Positions 11,130-22,600 of a DNA stretch of 64,000 nt are shown here, one piece after another. The notes under the pieces were generated by a model. The model saw only the letters and a program-made list of their open reading frames with translations, was not told where the DNA came from and did no database searches. Both the position numbers and the translations under genes were made by a program. How positions within the stretch are numbered: the stretch's first letter is position 1; every line of letters starts with the position of its first letter. Source of the DNA: Podospora anserina (Eukaryota); the NCBI GenBank assembly GCA_017654855.1, contig CM030338.1:496001-560000 (forward strand), in the 5' to 3' direction.

Positions 11130-12200
11130 ATGGCCGACAGCTTCAACGGGGTCATTGTCGAAGAGACCCCGGCCACCCAGCAGACTGGCGACGTCGAGAT
11201 GACCGAGGAAGGCGATGCGCCTGCCACTGCCACCGAAACTCCTGCCGCTGCCGGCAGCACCGAGAATGCCGATTTGCCTTTTGCTGAGGGCGATCCCGAC
11301 GACACCCCGGCGCCGCGCATTACCTTTTTGCAGTATCTGAGTAGCCCCGTCGTCACTCTGTTGATCGGTAGCAACGATGAAGAGACCATCCTGACGGCTC
11401 ATCAGGGGCTGTTGACCCAGAGCCCATACTTTGCCGATCGCATCGCCGAGTTTGCCGATGATGGCAGCGTATGTCTTTCTCCTGACCTCTAGTAGCAGAT
11501 GAAGGCTAACCCACCGCTTCCACGACAGCCCCGCCAGATTGAGCTTCCCAACGAAGACCTCGACGCCATGGGCTGCTTCCTCGAGTTCCTCTACACGGGC
11601 GACTACTTCCCCAAGAAGATCGCCGGCCAGCGCAGCCTGGAGAAGGACGCCTCGATCCCCGACGTGGACTACACCGGAGAGCAGCTCCTCAAGCACGCCA
11701 AGGTTTACACTCTGGCCGAGAAGTTTGGCCTCAACAACCTCAAGAACTTGGCGTCGAGCAAGATCCACTGCGTCAACTCCACCGCCAAGGGCGAGATCGC
11801 CTACGCGCGGTACGTCTACGAGTTCACGGCCAAGGACGACACGAGCATCCGCGCTCCTGTTGCCAACTTTTGGGCCACGAGATCGCACACGCTGCGCGCC
11901 GAGGCCGAGGATGAGTTCAGGAACTTGTGCTTGGAGTTTCCTCGGTTTGGTTACGATGTTCTTAGTAAGTTTTTGGTCGAGATGGTATGGAGGGAAAGAG
12001 ATGGTATGGAGGGAAAGAGATGGTATGGAGGGAAAGAGATGGTATGGAGGGAAAGAGATGGTATGGAGGGAAATGCTAACCATGACATTTCAGCCCGCGT
12101 CTTGGACGAGAAGCTCAAGCGGGAGCGCAACGAGAAGATGCACCCCGCTGCCGGGAGCGGGAGGAAGAGACCTCGTCACAGCAGCGCCACCAATGCTTAA
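11130..12200 (+). CDS. BTB/POZ-domain protein; exons 11130-11468, 11529-11964, 12094-12200
   Basis: 'VVTLLIG..LTAHQGLLTQSPYF..IELPNED..FLEFLYTGDY..HAKVYTLAEKFGL' is a fungal BTB signature. Introns GTATGT..CAG and GTAAGT..CAG. Confidence 0.88.
11979..12073. repeat. Minisatellite: 5 perfect copies of the 19-nt unit GAGATGGTATGGAGGGAAA inside BTB intron 2
   Basis: Units start at 11979, 11998, 12017, 12036 and 12055; read directly. Confidence 0.97.
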
Positions 12201-12945
12201 GGTTGTCTGTTGAGGATAAGGAAGGGAGACGGAGGAGGATAATGGATACCCATCACTATAGCCATGACCACCACTACCACCACAAGGGAGGGAGGGAGGG
12301 GAATGGTTGTTGGAAGAGAAAGGCAGCGACGGCGTTTTTGCAGGATTTTTGTTAACCTCTTTTGCTTCATTGGGGCTTATACCACAGCTATGCTTGACTT
12401 ACGGAAGAAAAGAAACCAAGCGGGAGATGGACATGACTTTTTTTTGTATCATGTACCAAAATGTACTTTATTTTTCTTGTCCTAGCTTTATATTCTTGCC
12501 TTGGCGGGAGGAGGATTTCCTTGAAGTGGTGATAATTTAGGTACCATAGTGGAAAGAGGAGTTGAAACTAAATAAAAAGCAGATTAATAACAGTTCAATC
12601 TAGATGGCGATATCCTCAATCTTTGATGTCTTGCTTACTTGCTACCTCGGGGAAGGATCAGTGATAGGGATGAAGCGGGAAGGGGGTGTCCAAAGGGGAG
12701 GAAGTACGGTCGAGCCATGAAGTTAAAAATCAGGTTTTCAAAGGCACGGTAGAGTGACAAAATGAGAGTCTGATCGCACCATCGATATTAATCTCTTTTT
12801 TCAATGGACTTTTTTTTGGCTTGGAAAAGAGCACTTTGACCACCACTTTGGCCAAGGCTCTGCAGTGGAGCCCACCCAATTGAAGGCATTCACAAGGCTT
12901 ACAACATTAACCATACAGCTAATACCAGGTGCAGCGAGGCCAAAA

Positions 12946-13335
12946 TGTGACGAACCCCTGTACAGAACCTCTGAAAGGGATACGGGTTGAAGGTAACTTC
13001 TGACAATTGGTTCGGTGCAGCTAAACAGTGCACAACAAGATGTCTCGATGTAAACACAAGATGCCGTGAATACAACTGTGAATTGCATACTGCGGAACTA
13101 TCTACAAGCTATCTAGTTCCTCCGTATATATAGACCTGTGGATCACCTGGATCGCGTTCCCTAGCGGTGATCCGGATCACATCCTCCACCTGAGGCTCAC
13201 CATGATCACCGTGATCCTGTCGCTCCGCTCACCGGGATCACCATGAGCCTTTCGCTCCTCTTCCGACTGGTCCGTAATGACTGGCCAGGGGCGCCCCGCG
13301 CCCCGTGCGTTGGTCCCCCACCAACGATTGTGACA
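12946..13335 (-). mobile_element. Solo LTR, copy A (390 bp, TGT..ACA termini), possibly crapaud-like
   Basis: On the minus strand it begins TGTCACAATC and ends TCGTCACA. About 195 bp are a near-perfect inverted match to 13567-13762. Contains TATATA. No matching TSD seen. Confidence 0.75.
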
Positions 13336-13391
13336 TATAGCCACATAGAAATAATCCATGGTGGGAGATGGGTTCAATAACTCTGAACCAG

Positions 13392-13762
13392 TGTCACGGA
13401 CCTGACATAAGTGGGGAGCGCGGGGCGCGACCCGTCCAACCACTAGGAACGGAAAAGTGGGGAAGTCAGATTATCACTAGCGCCAAGGGTGATAATCACG
13501 ATTATCACCAGTCTTCGGTGAACGACGAGTGATAATCGACATTATCACTGGTGATAATGGTGATAAACAGGTCTATATATACGGAGGAACTGGCTGGTGT
13601 AGATAGACAGTTCCGCAGTATGCAATTCACAATTGTATTCACGGTATCTTGTGTTTACATCGAGACATCTTGTTGTGCACTGTTTAGCTGCACCGAACCA
13701 ATTGTCAGAAGTTACCTTCAACCCGTATCCCTTTCAGAGGTTCTGTACAGGGGTTCGTCACA
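13392..13762 (+). mobile_element. Solo LTR, copy B (371 bp, TGT..ACA termini), same family with a different 5' half
   Basis: Begins TGTCACGGAC and ends TCGTCACA. TATATATA near 13575. 3' half shared with copy A. No matching TSD seen. Confidence 0.75.
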
Positions 13763-13899
13763 TTTACCTTCCTTCGGCACTGCCGTCGTATCCTCCTGCT
13801 TCCGCTTGCGCACTGCTGTATTTTACAGCAACCCTGTATAGGTTCTATATTATAGGCCTATCAGGGCTCACCAGCTAACAGTATCAAAATGAAAACGAT

Positions 13900-15800
13900 T
13901 ACACCTCTTTGTATAAAGCCTTTGGCCAATAGTAAGAGCTAACATCGGGGGTGCGATTAGACCCTAACAAGGGGGGCTCCTTCTCTAAGCGTAGTGATGT
14001 CCTTACTTCTTTGGCCCTGCCGCATTCAGTCTGGATGGTCTGAACCCTCCTCGGCGCCGACGTGGTCAAGATAAGGTGTTGGGGGTCTTGTTTTGAAAGT
14101 TTGTACAAGTCCGCTGATTGGGATGTATTGTGATGAGAAGTGATATAGGGTCGATACTGGGAGGTTGTCGCTATAGCCACTATACAAGATGGGATCTCGG
14201 GTTGGGTTCGGTTGGGGTGGAGGATATGGTAGTAGTTTGTCATCGGCGTCGGTATGAAGTGAGAAGATGATGTCTGGTTGTCTGGAAGAGATTGTAAGGA
14301 TCTAAGAAGCAGTGGGTTAGCTCTGGTATCATAGAGCTGATGGAAATGATGTAGCGTGGGTAGGTCCGTTTCATACTTGCTTACCTTCGGGCTTTGTGGA
14401 CATGGAGCCTAGGGAATATTTGGTTGAGGTGAACAGGTAGGTAAAAGGGTGACTTATCCATTCCTTTGGTTAACCAAACTAGCGGATTGTGCTGGGGAGT
14501 GTTTGAATTAATTGTGGATAATGTTTAGCTGGTTCCCTTCGTTTGACGAGCGTCCAAATAATCCGGGGGATGGTTTGAAAGATTTTTGCTGTAATACCTA
14601 TCGAGCTGCTGCAACAGCTTGGAGCAAGAGCATGGAATGATTGGCTTGTTTCAAGTGGGGATCAAACGGTAGAGTTGAGGTGTAAGAGAAATAATCTCGG
14701 GGGCAGCAGCATGTAGGAAGTTGCTTGGTGGGTACCTAGTCTCTCTGTCTCCTTCATTGGTGAAAGAATACTGGGTAGTGTGACGTCTGCGCGTCTGGAT
14801 ACTTGTGATATCTTCAAGCCTACGGTGACCGACCTCCGTTTACGACGCAGAGTATTTAACCCTAGGATTTGGTCTCTTTCATCCTACCTTATCTTCTTCT
14901 AACTGCGCTACGCTTCAAACTCTCTAGCGACGTCATGTTTGTATACATAGGACGCATTTCCGAGGTATTTTTGATTTCCTGATGTCTTGAACCAAACCAA
15001 TTGCAATGCGGGCAACTAATCTTCCTGCAGGTCTGATCTTGAAATAACACCGCCTTTCTGACTGACGATCCTGCGACTCTCTGACCCGCCTGTTGATGGA
15101 AGGAACGTTGTGATCAGGCTGCATATGGACCAACCTTGCGAGCGTATTTGTGAGCACTTACTCATCCCACTCCAGTCGACGCCATTGATCGGTCAAAAAG
15201 ACGCTCGGTTTGCTGACGCCATTCCCAATACTGGAAAGTAAGGGATGTTGACTCTTGGAACTTGCTCACAGCACATTCTCACCAGGCTTGCTTTTGGCAC
15301 AGTGCCTTATTCAGCTCCACTCAGAACAAACTCGTCTTCTGCCCCCTGGGCCATACCTGTTCATTAATGGTGATATTGTCGACGATTTTCGTCGCGTTAG
15401 CAAACTTTCAATCGACCTCTCGGCATAGCATCCGAGGGCCAAAGTATCGGGTAGGTCTCATCCCGCACCCAGCTCGAAACATGATCAATCACATCAGTCA
15501 CCATCGCAAGGCTGCGTCATTGAAGATGGACCCTGCATGTTGCACCGCATACATGTGGAGGTAAATACCACGCGGAGTCTTTGCTGCCACTTCAACGCCA
15601 AGTCGACTGGAGAGCCGTCAAAATACCTGCGGAAATCCCCACGTCTCGGAGAAGTCTCCGAAGTTCTGGTGGCAATGGAATCAAAAAGGGGGTGGCCACG
15701 TGCAAAAGGAATTTGTTGCCTGCCAAAGCCACCAACTGTACGTACCGTTGGAACATTGGAACATTCCTTCGTGATCTGCACATGTATAAGCGAACGCCAT
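13900..15800 (-). pseudogene. Possible degraded intron-containing gene relic(s)
   Basis: Short broken ORFs on the minus strand with canonical donors (GTATGG near 15357, GTAAGT near 15161, GTAAGC near 14384). No continuous frame and no recognisable family. Confidence 0.2.
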
Positions 15801-17064
15801 GATCGGACTCAACTGCGAGATTAAGCGGCTGCAGCAGTCACGCTATCTCGGATCGGGAAGAGATCATCACTAGTTTAAATGTAGTCTACCCTTGTTCCTC
15901 TTCAACGTGGACGACCTTTGTCAAGACAATTAATTGGTATATCGAAAGGTTATGTATGGTAGAGGACTTGAGACGGCATGGTGAATTACAGAAGTCACGC
16001 CTAGGTCGAAATCTTTTGCTAGGGCCGGGTTCTCTAGGAGATGCCGCGTTCTTTGGAGCTCGAAGCGAGCTCGGTACCAGCTCTGATCTGTATATCCAAA
16101 ACTTGTCTGGGAATCGGAGCTAAAATACTATTCCCTGAGTTCTAACCGGCGAACGGTCTGGGGTCAGGCCAAGGAAGCTAACTTGGTTAAGCACAATGTT
16201 CAGCTAATTCGGACTCTCGAAACCAACGACGATGCTTTACCGTAGATACACCACGACCCATCGGTTCTTTTTCCATGTTCCCCACCATGAGGACCTGGGC
16301 ATGGAGAAATCTTATTGGATTATAGACATCCCAGACCTTGCCGCCACAAAAGTGACAAATCATATCTGGCAGGGTCGATCGCGTTCCAGTTCCGTATTCT
16401 CGGGATAAACTTACACACCCTCGATCATGGCGGTATTTTTACCAAAGGTGAACGGGACTGGATTTGCTTACCAGAAGCGAAAATTCGCGAAGAAAGAAGA
16501 GTGATATCCTTACCTAGTACTCGGCCACAACGATGTCTACCTAGTAAAACTGAAAGATTTCAACAACCTTCAGCTGTTGTTGTTTCTGGTGCCCCCTTTT
16601 CCCCTTTTCCCTACCAGGTGACGAGGAAGAGCAGGGGGGTTTCATGTATTCGGCTCTGGTAGATTTCATCAACGTTTCCCCTGATCTTTCAATACATGTT
16701 CCATGCACAAGGGCCCCCCCCTCATGGCGGGGAGGATTGGGTGTGAACAAGGAGATCCGGCACGTCCCGGGTCCCGATTACCAGTCCACCCAGGCTCAGC
16801 AACATGAGATGCGAGATGGTGCCCGGTTTGTTGGTTCCTCAAGTCAGTATTGAAACCACCACGAGACCAGGATTCTCTCTATCACTCCTCATCAACGAAT
16901 CCGATGACCCCTTGACCAGGTTTCTGAACAGGTATATGAAGCCGTATTCCCCCTCCCCATCTGCCAACATGCCAATCGCACACTGAGTTCTTCAGTAAAT
17001 ACCAACAGTCGACTCCATATCAGAAAGCTCTAAGCCTCAACAACTTCCCTCCACCTCTTTCACC

Positions 17065-17463
17065 ATGGCACGTCGTTTTTCAAACCCACTCAGGGTTATT
17101 GGCCAACCGCCTGCAAGCGTTGGGATGAACGAAACCATCAGTCCCGCAATCGAGGTCTCATTCACTCTTTCAGACTACAAAGGCGTAGATATCACCAATA
17201 TCGGCAATCTCTTCGCTACCGTCGTTCTCCATGAAGGATACAGCCAAACCGCTGTAGATGGCGGGTTGACAGGGGCGACGACGGTATCCCCTGACTGGAC
17301 CCGCACGAGCAATGGTGTTGTTCACTTTACCTTCGATGCGGTTGCAACCAACTACCCCATGGCTGGAGCATATTACATCCAGGTCGCTGTTTATTATATC
17401 AGCAATGATGGCGGCTACTACAATCTCGTCGAGGGGAACGTCACGGCCTTGGACATCTTTTGA
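17065..17463 (+). CDS. Small 132-aa protein with a velvet-domain-like motif pattern
   Basis: CACCATGG start after a CT-rich leader. Ordered motifs 'LRVIGQPP', 'ISPAIEV', 'LFATVVL', 'LTGATTVS' and 'HFTFDAV..GAYYIQVAV'. Confidence 0.65.
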   Translation: MARRFSNPLRVIGQPPASVGMNETISPAIEVSFTLSDYKGVDITNIGNLFATVVLHEGYSQTAVDGGLTGATTVSPDWTRTSNGVVHFTFDAVATNYPMAGAYYIQVAVYYISNDGGYYNLVEGNVTALDIF

Positions 17464-19185
17464 TCTTTTGGTCCCAAATCGTGAAACATGATGTCTGTAC
17501 GTACGTGTCTGAAGGTCTGTCAGTAATTACGAGGGTGGCAGCTAACGAGTGGTAACAGCAATGCCGCAGGAGGCCCAAGATAGTTTCATGTCGAGGCTCA
17601 CAAAGAATCCTGGTTTTCCCTACCCACTGGATGGATATCAATCCTGGAGTACTGGCTGGAGTTTGCTCATGGCGTTTTGAATTTTTATGTACCTTTCCCT
17701 TCACCTTCACTTTTAGGTAGTTCGGGTTAACACAGCACCGGAATCTGATTTGGAGTCTGTCTTTTTGATCCTTTGACTTTCTCATGCTGTCTTTGAGGCT
17801 TCTCGGCAAACAACCGATTGGACAAACGCCCGCGGCATGTGCAAAAGCCACGCGAGCGCTACCAAGGTCTTGGATGAAAGCCGAGAACCTTGAGGGAAAT
17901 TCTTGTGAAACTTCAACGCACAGTCAAACGAGATCCCCATACGTCATTCCAGGCTGGATGAGGCTGAGAACACCAGCTATTGGCCGTGTCACCACCAACA
18001 TCCCACGTGGAACCAGGGTCCAACACAACAAGCAAGCCACCTGCTACCGTCGAAGTCCGATTGACGGACAAGTGCCGATTATGCAGTAGAAAATACCGAG
18101 ATTTCTGCTTTCAAGATCGATCCAAGTCTTTGACAACTCCTTGCTCACGCGATTCCAGTGATTTGACGACCAAGTCAGCGCTGAATGCAAAACTTCCTTG
18201 CGCAAGTTCAGCTTTCTGCAGTCATCATGAAGAAAGCCCAAAGAAAAAGTTGAGCGCGTCCTTCTTGCTTATCATAACCACGCGGCTCAATCCCAACTAC
18301 CTGACACCCATGCCCCCCTTCCCAATTACATGACAACAAGCCACTGACGTCGAAATCATACACTGCCTCCCTACATACACATTTTCTCGTCCGTTTTATT
18401 GCTTTGTGAAGCCCCCCTTCTCACACTCCCACAACATCTCCCTGGCACTTGTCACTCAACCGCTATCTCGCACCACCATATTTCTTCTTCTTCTCGTCCA
18501 CCTCACCTCATCATCATCACCATCCCCAAAAGAATGATGCAATTCCCATGTAAGCACAACCAATGCAGCCTCCACATGTAAGCGGTCACTCATGTTTTCA
18601 TCACCTTCCACAACCCAATCTGAACCTCCTGGTGGGCCAATTCATCTCACACCCACCCGCTTGGACAGACAATACACTACAAGCCGCCTCATCGGCTAGG
18701 ACCTCGGACCCAAAATCTTGGAAGAGGTCTAACAAGATCACCAAACATGACAAGGCTGGCACGTGTCACTGGTGTGTGACCGTGCTTACACCAGGCTGAC
18801 GTACCCGCCTCATTCGACCTCTTTCGGTTACACCCCCCCTCCCTTTCTACAAAAAAGTCCGATGTAAATACCATCTCCTCTCCTTCGCGGATCGAATTAA
18901 CCAAAACGGCAATGAAAAACCAACTCTCTTCTCCTTTCGTACCATATTCTCACTCAAGCAAGGGACTTTTCCACCCACTCGGCTTGCATCCCGAAAAGAA
19001 AGATTGATCACGAATGCATATTCTCCCTCCTCTGCGCAAGACACTCTGACATCACAGCACAGGTCACGAAATTCTCGAAACGAAGAGATTCCATCAAGTT
19101 CCCCGAAAAAGGCAAAAATGAGCGACTCATCCAGTATGGATCAGAAGAAAAAAACGGCAAAAATAATGTCGTTCGACGGGAATTG

Positions 19186-19272
19186 AGCCCGACGTGGGGG
19201 TCGAACCCACAACCTTGAGATTTCGGAGCACTCCTTAAGAGTCTCACGCTCTACCGATTGAGCTAGCCGGGC
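19186..19272 (-). tRNA. tRNA-Lys(CTT) with a 14-nt intron
   Basis: GCCCGGCTAGCTCAATCGGTAGAGCGTGAGACTCTTA[AGGAGTGCTCCGAA]ATCTCAAGGTTGTGGGTTCGACCCCCACGTCGGGCT, with downstream T-runs. Confidence 0.96.
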
Positions 19273-19652
19273 AGGCTATTTGTTGAAACACCAAGCGGTA
19301 TTAGGGTAGATGTTAGCGTGCATGATCCACCATCGTCACCACCGCCATCGCCGTCACCATGCTGATTCCTCTTGTTTCCAACCACCAGACATCTCACATT
19401 CTCACCGACATAAATCGTGATAACTTGGAAACATGTATTGTTACTATCACTGAAGAACTGTCCAATCCCAACCATGCCCAAACGAGAAAAATTAACACCG
19501 CTTTCAACCCATACATCCCGTCCATCATGTGCATGCAATTACAGAGTTCTGGAAGAAAAAAAACCATTTTAGTCTCGTACAATCGTCACCATGTATTTCT
19601 TATCCCTTTTCCCCCCCAATTACTGCCCATTCATGGCAACATCATGACCAAA

Positions 19653-22600
19653 TTACACCTGCTTGAGATACTGGAGCATCTTCTCCCGTTCTTGTACCGG
19701 CATGGTGTGAAGGACATCGCGGATACCCTTCCAGGCAGGGTTGCTGGCAGCATCCTCCGTAGACTGGCTACCAAGGCGGACGAGCTCGCGCATCTCGGCC
19801 TGCAGAGCCTCGGCCTTGAGGTGCTCAACCTTCTCGTGCACCACCTTGCGGTTTTCCTCGTACCAGATGGCAACCTCGCGATCAGACTTGTCAAAGTGGG
19901 CAATACCGCACCAGGATTCGAGGAGGGAGAGGTGACGGGCGCGGGCTTGGGCAGCTGCCGCCGCATTCTTGTTGTGAACGCCCGAAACCGCAGCCGCCGA
20001 GGCAAGGCGGCGGAGGATGTACTCCTCGTTCAATCTTCTGCGCACGCGCCAGTAAAAGAAGCGGCGGGCGTTGCGCCACTCGAGCACCTCGCGAATGACA
20101 CCCTTGGCCTTCATGCGGCCGGCGCGGTCGTGAAGATCGGCAAACTGCAAGCTGATCTGAGCATATACAGGCAGAAGCTCCTGCTCGCGCTCCGTCATCT
20201 TCTTCTTGATCTCATCGATCTCCTCCTTGGAAAGCGACGTGTCGGCGATCTGCCTCTTAAGGCCCGAGTAAACGGGATCGAGACGGGCCATGGTCTCAAG
20301 CTGCTTGTCCTTGCGGTACTTGATACCGATGATACCCTCAGGCTCCAAGACACCGCCGCGGGCGTCCACATCGGCGTACATCTCCATGGCGGTCGGGTTG
20401 ATGGTGGGATCGACGACGACCCACGAACCGCCACGAAGCTCACCGAATGGTGGAATGTAGATGAAGACTGGCTGCTCGAACTTGACGAGAGCATCGACAA
20501 TGTACGAGCCGTACTTGAGGACCTCGTTGTACATGTCGCGCTGGCCACCAGAGAATCCACGCCAGTTGGCAAGGATCATCAGGGGAAGCTGCTCGCCATA
20601 GTTGAAGTCGTTGATGGCCTGAGCAGTCTTAAAGGCAGAGTTGGGGTACCAAACACCACCGGCCTCGTTGCTGACTTGCTCGATCGAGTCAGGGTTGGCA
20701 GGGTCGGCGGGTGTGATGTTCTCGACAGAGCGGGTCTCGACACCGATGACACCCATAGGAATGCCGCCGAGACGAGCACGACCAACCACGACAGTGCGAG
20801 CCCAGCCGCCAAGGGTCTCCACGAAGGAATCCTTGTCGAACAGACCAGGCTGGAAACCATCCTCGTCCTGCTTGCCGGCAATCATCCACCTGACATCATA
20901 GGGCTTCTTCTGCTCTGGGGTGAAGACAACGTCACGATCCCAGGTGTCGATGCCAAGGCTGATGGGCACAGGGTTGTTGCGCTTATCGGGAACGAAGGAC
21001 ATCCACTCAACAATCTTGGAAACACCAGCAAAGTCGTCGTTGGCGGTCAAGTGAGACACACCGTTGCGGTACATGATCTGAGTGCCACCAAGCTGGAGGT
21101 TAGAGGTGTAGACCTCACGACCCAAAAGGTTGTTGAGGGCGGGGGCACCAGTCAGGATGATGGGCTGGCCCTCAATTTGCACAGCACGCTGACCAAGGCG
21201 GACAAGGTAGGCACCAATACCTGCAAACAGTCAGTACACGACTCATTTCAAAAGATCGTCAGAGAAAGGGGGAATAACTCACCAACCGAGCGGCAGGTGA
21301 CGAGCGTGCAAGTAAAGATATCCTGGTAGGCTCTGCTAGTGGCACCGGCGATGAGGCCGGAACCACGCAAGCACTCGACACCCAAACCGTCTTCAGCACC
21401 AATGATGGTGACGATCTTGTGACGCTTCTCGCCACCCTCAGAGACCTCCTCGGTCAGCACAGTGCTCTCGAACCTCTTCTTGGCCTCATCGTTGAGGTAG
21501 AGGTACTTGAAGCCAGCCTCGGGCTTGCCCTCCTCGTTCCAGGCCACGCTGAAGTGAGGCATCAGCTCGTTGGCCAGACCCAAGCGAGCACCCGAATTGG
21601 CCGACAAGTAGATGCGGGGAACGCCCAACTTGCGAGCAAGCTCTGTGCACTTGTAGAAGAAGTTGTCTTCCTTGGGCCCGAAAGAACCAATGTTGAAGGT
21701 GATGTCGTTGGCGACGACAACAAACTTGCGGCCCTTGGGGTATTCGGGGGTGCGGGCGCTGATGAGCCAACCGACCATACCGCAGGTGTTGGTGCCTGGG
21801 TCGCGAGAAACCTCGGCCAAGTTGTCATGGTCATCCAAGACAAGCTCGTTGAACTCGATGCACTCGCCAACCGGGGGCTGCTTCTCGGCCATGGAGGGGA
21901 CCTTCTTGACAGCATTGGCCCAGCTGTTCTGGATGGCCTGGCGGAAAAGCTCGGGGAAATCATACACATACTGAGTGCCCATCAAGTGAGCCTTGTACCG
22001 CTTGGGCTGGAGCCAGTTCTTGGTGGGGTAAGGGGTCGAGACGGGGAGCAGATGCATGGATCCGATCTTGGTGGTGCCACCGGTAGAGTAGAAGACCCAG
22101 TCGCCCTTATCCGACTTGCGCTCGGCATACATCTCTACCTGGATGACGTAGCCAGAGGTGTTGGTAATGATCACACGCAGAGGGTAGGGCATGCCGGTGG
22201 AGGGATCAGTGCAAATAATGCGGATCTCGACCTGGGCAACACGAAGACGCCAAGCGCGGGGACCGAAGCGATCCAAGAAGCCCTGAAGCGACTGCTCAAC
22301 TTCCTGAGGCTGAAGCTGGAAGACGGGAGTAAAGTTGATGAACATATGGTTCAAATCCGAGTTGTGTGTGCCGATAATCTCGAGAGCGTCAAAAATATCG
22401 TTGATCACGCGGTCGGCTTCCGAAATCAAGTACTCGGCGGTAGGAATCTCATCCCGAAGTCTTCCGGGGCGAATGACAGCACGAGTGAAGAAGCGCCTAT
22501 CAGTCTCAACACCCTTCCCAACACCCTCGTACATGTGGATGTTCTTGTTTTCGGTGAATACGGGCTTGATCTTGAACTTGGAGAGACGAGCCAATTCGAG

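Noticed and set aside
11979-12073. CRISPR-like repeat array
   Set aside because: Contiguous tandem units without spacers, inside a eukaryotic intron.
11070-12083. 337-aa minus-strand ORF with repeated SLHTISFPPYHL
   Set aside because: Antisense shadow of the BTB gene; the peptide repeat comes from the intronic minisatellite.
12943-13765. Single TIR DNA transposon or MITE
   Set aside because: No TSD or transposase; internal TGT..ACA termini fit two solo LTRs better, though a MITE is not fully excluded.
12801-13878. Duplicated peptide MQFT..CVYIETSCCALFSCTEP on both strands
   Set aside because: Translation of the inverted LTR halves, not protein genes.
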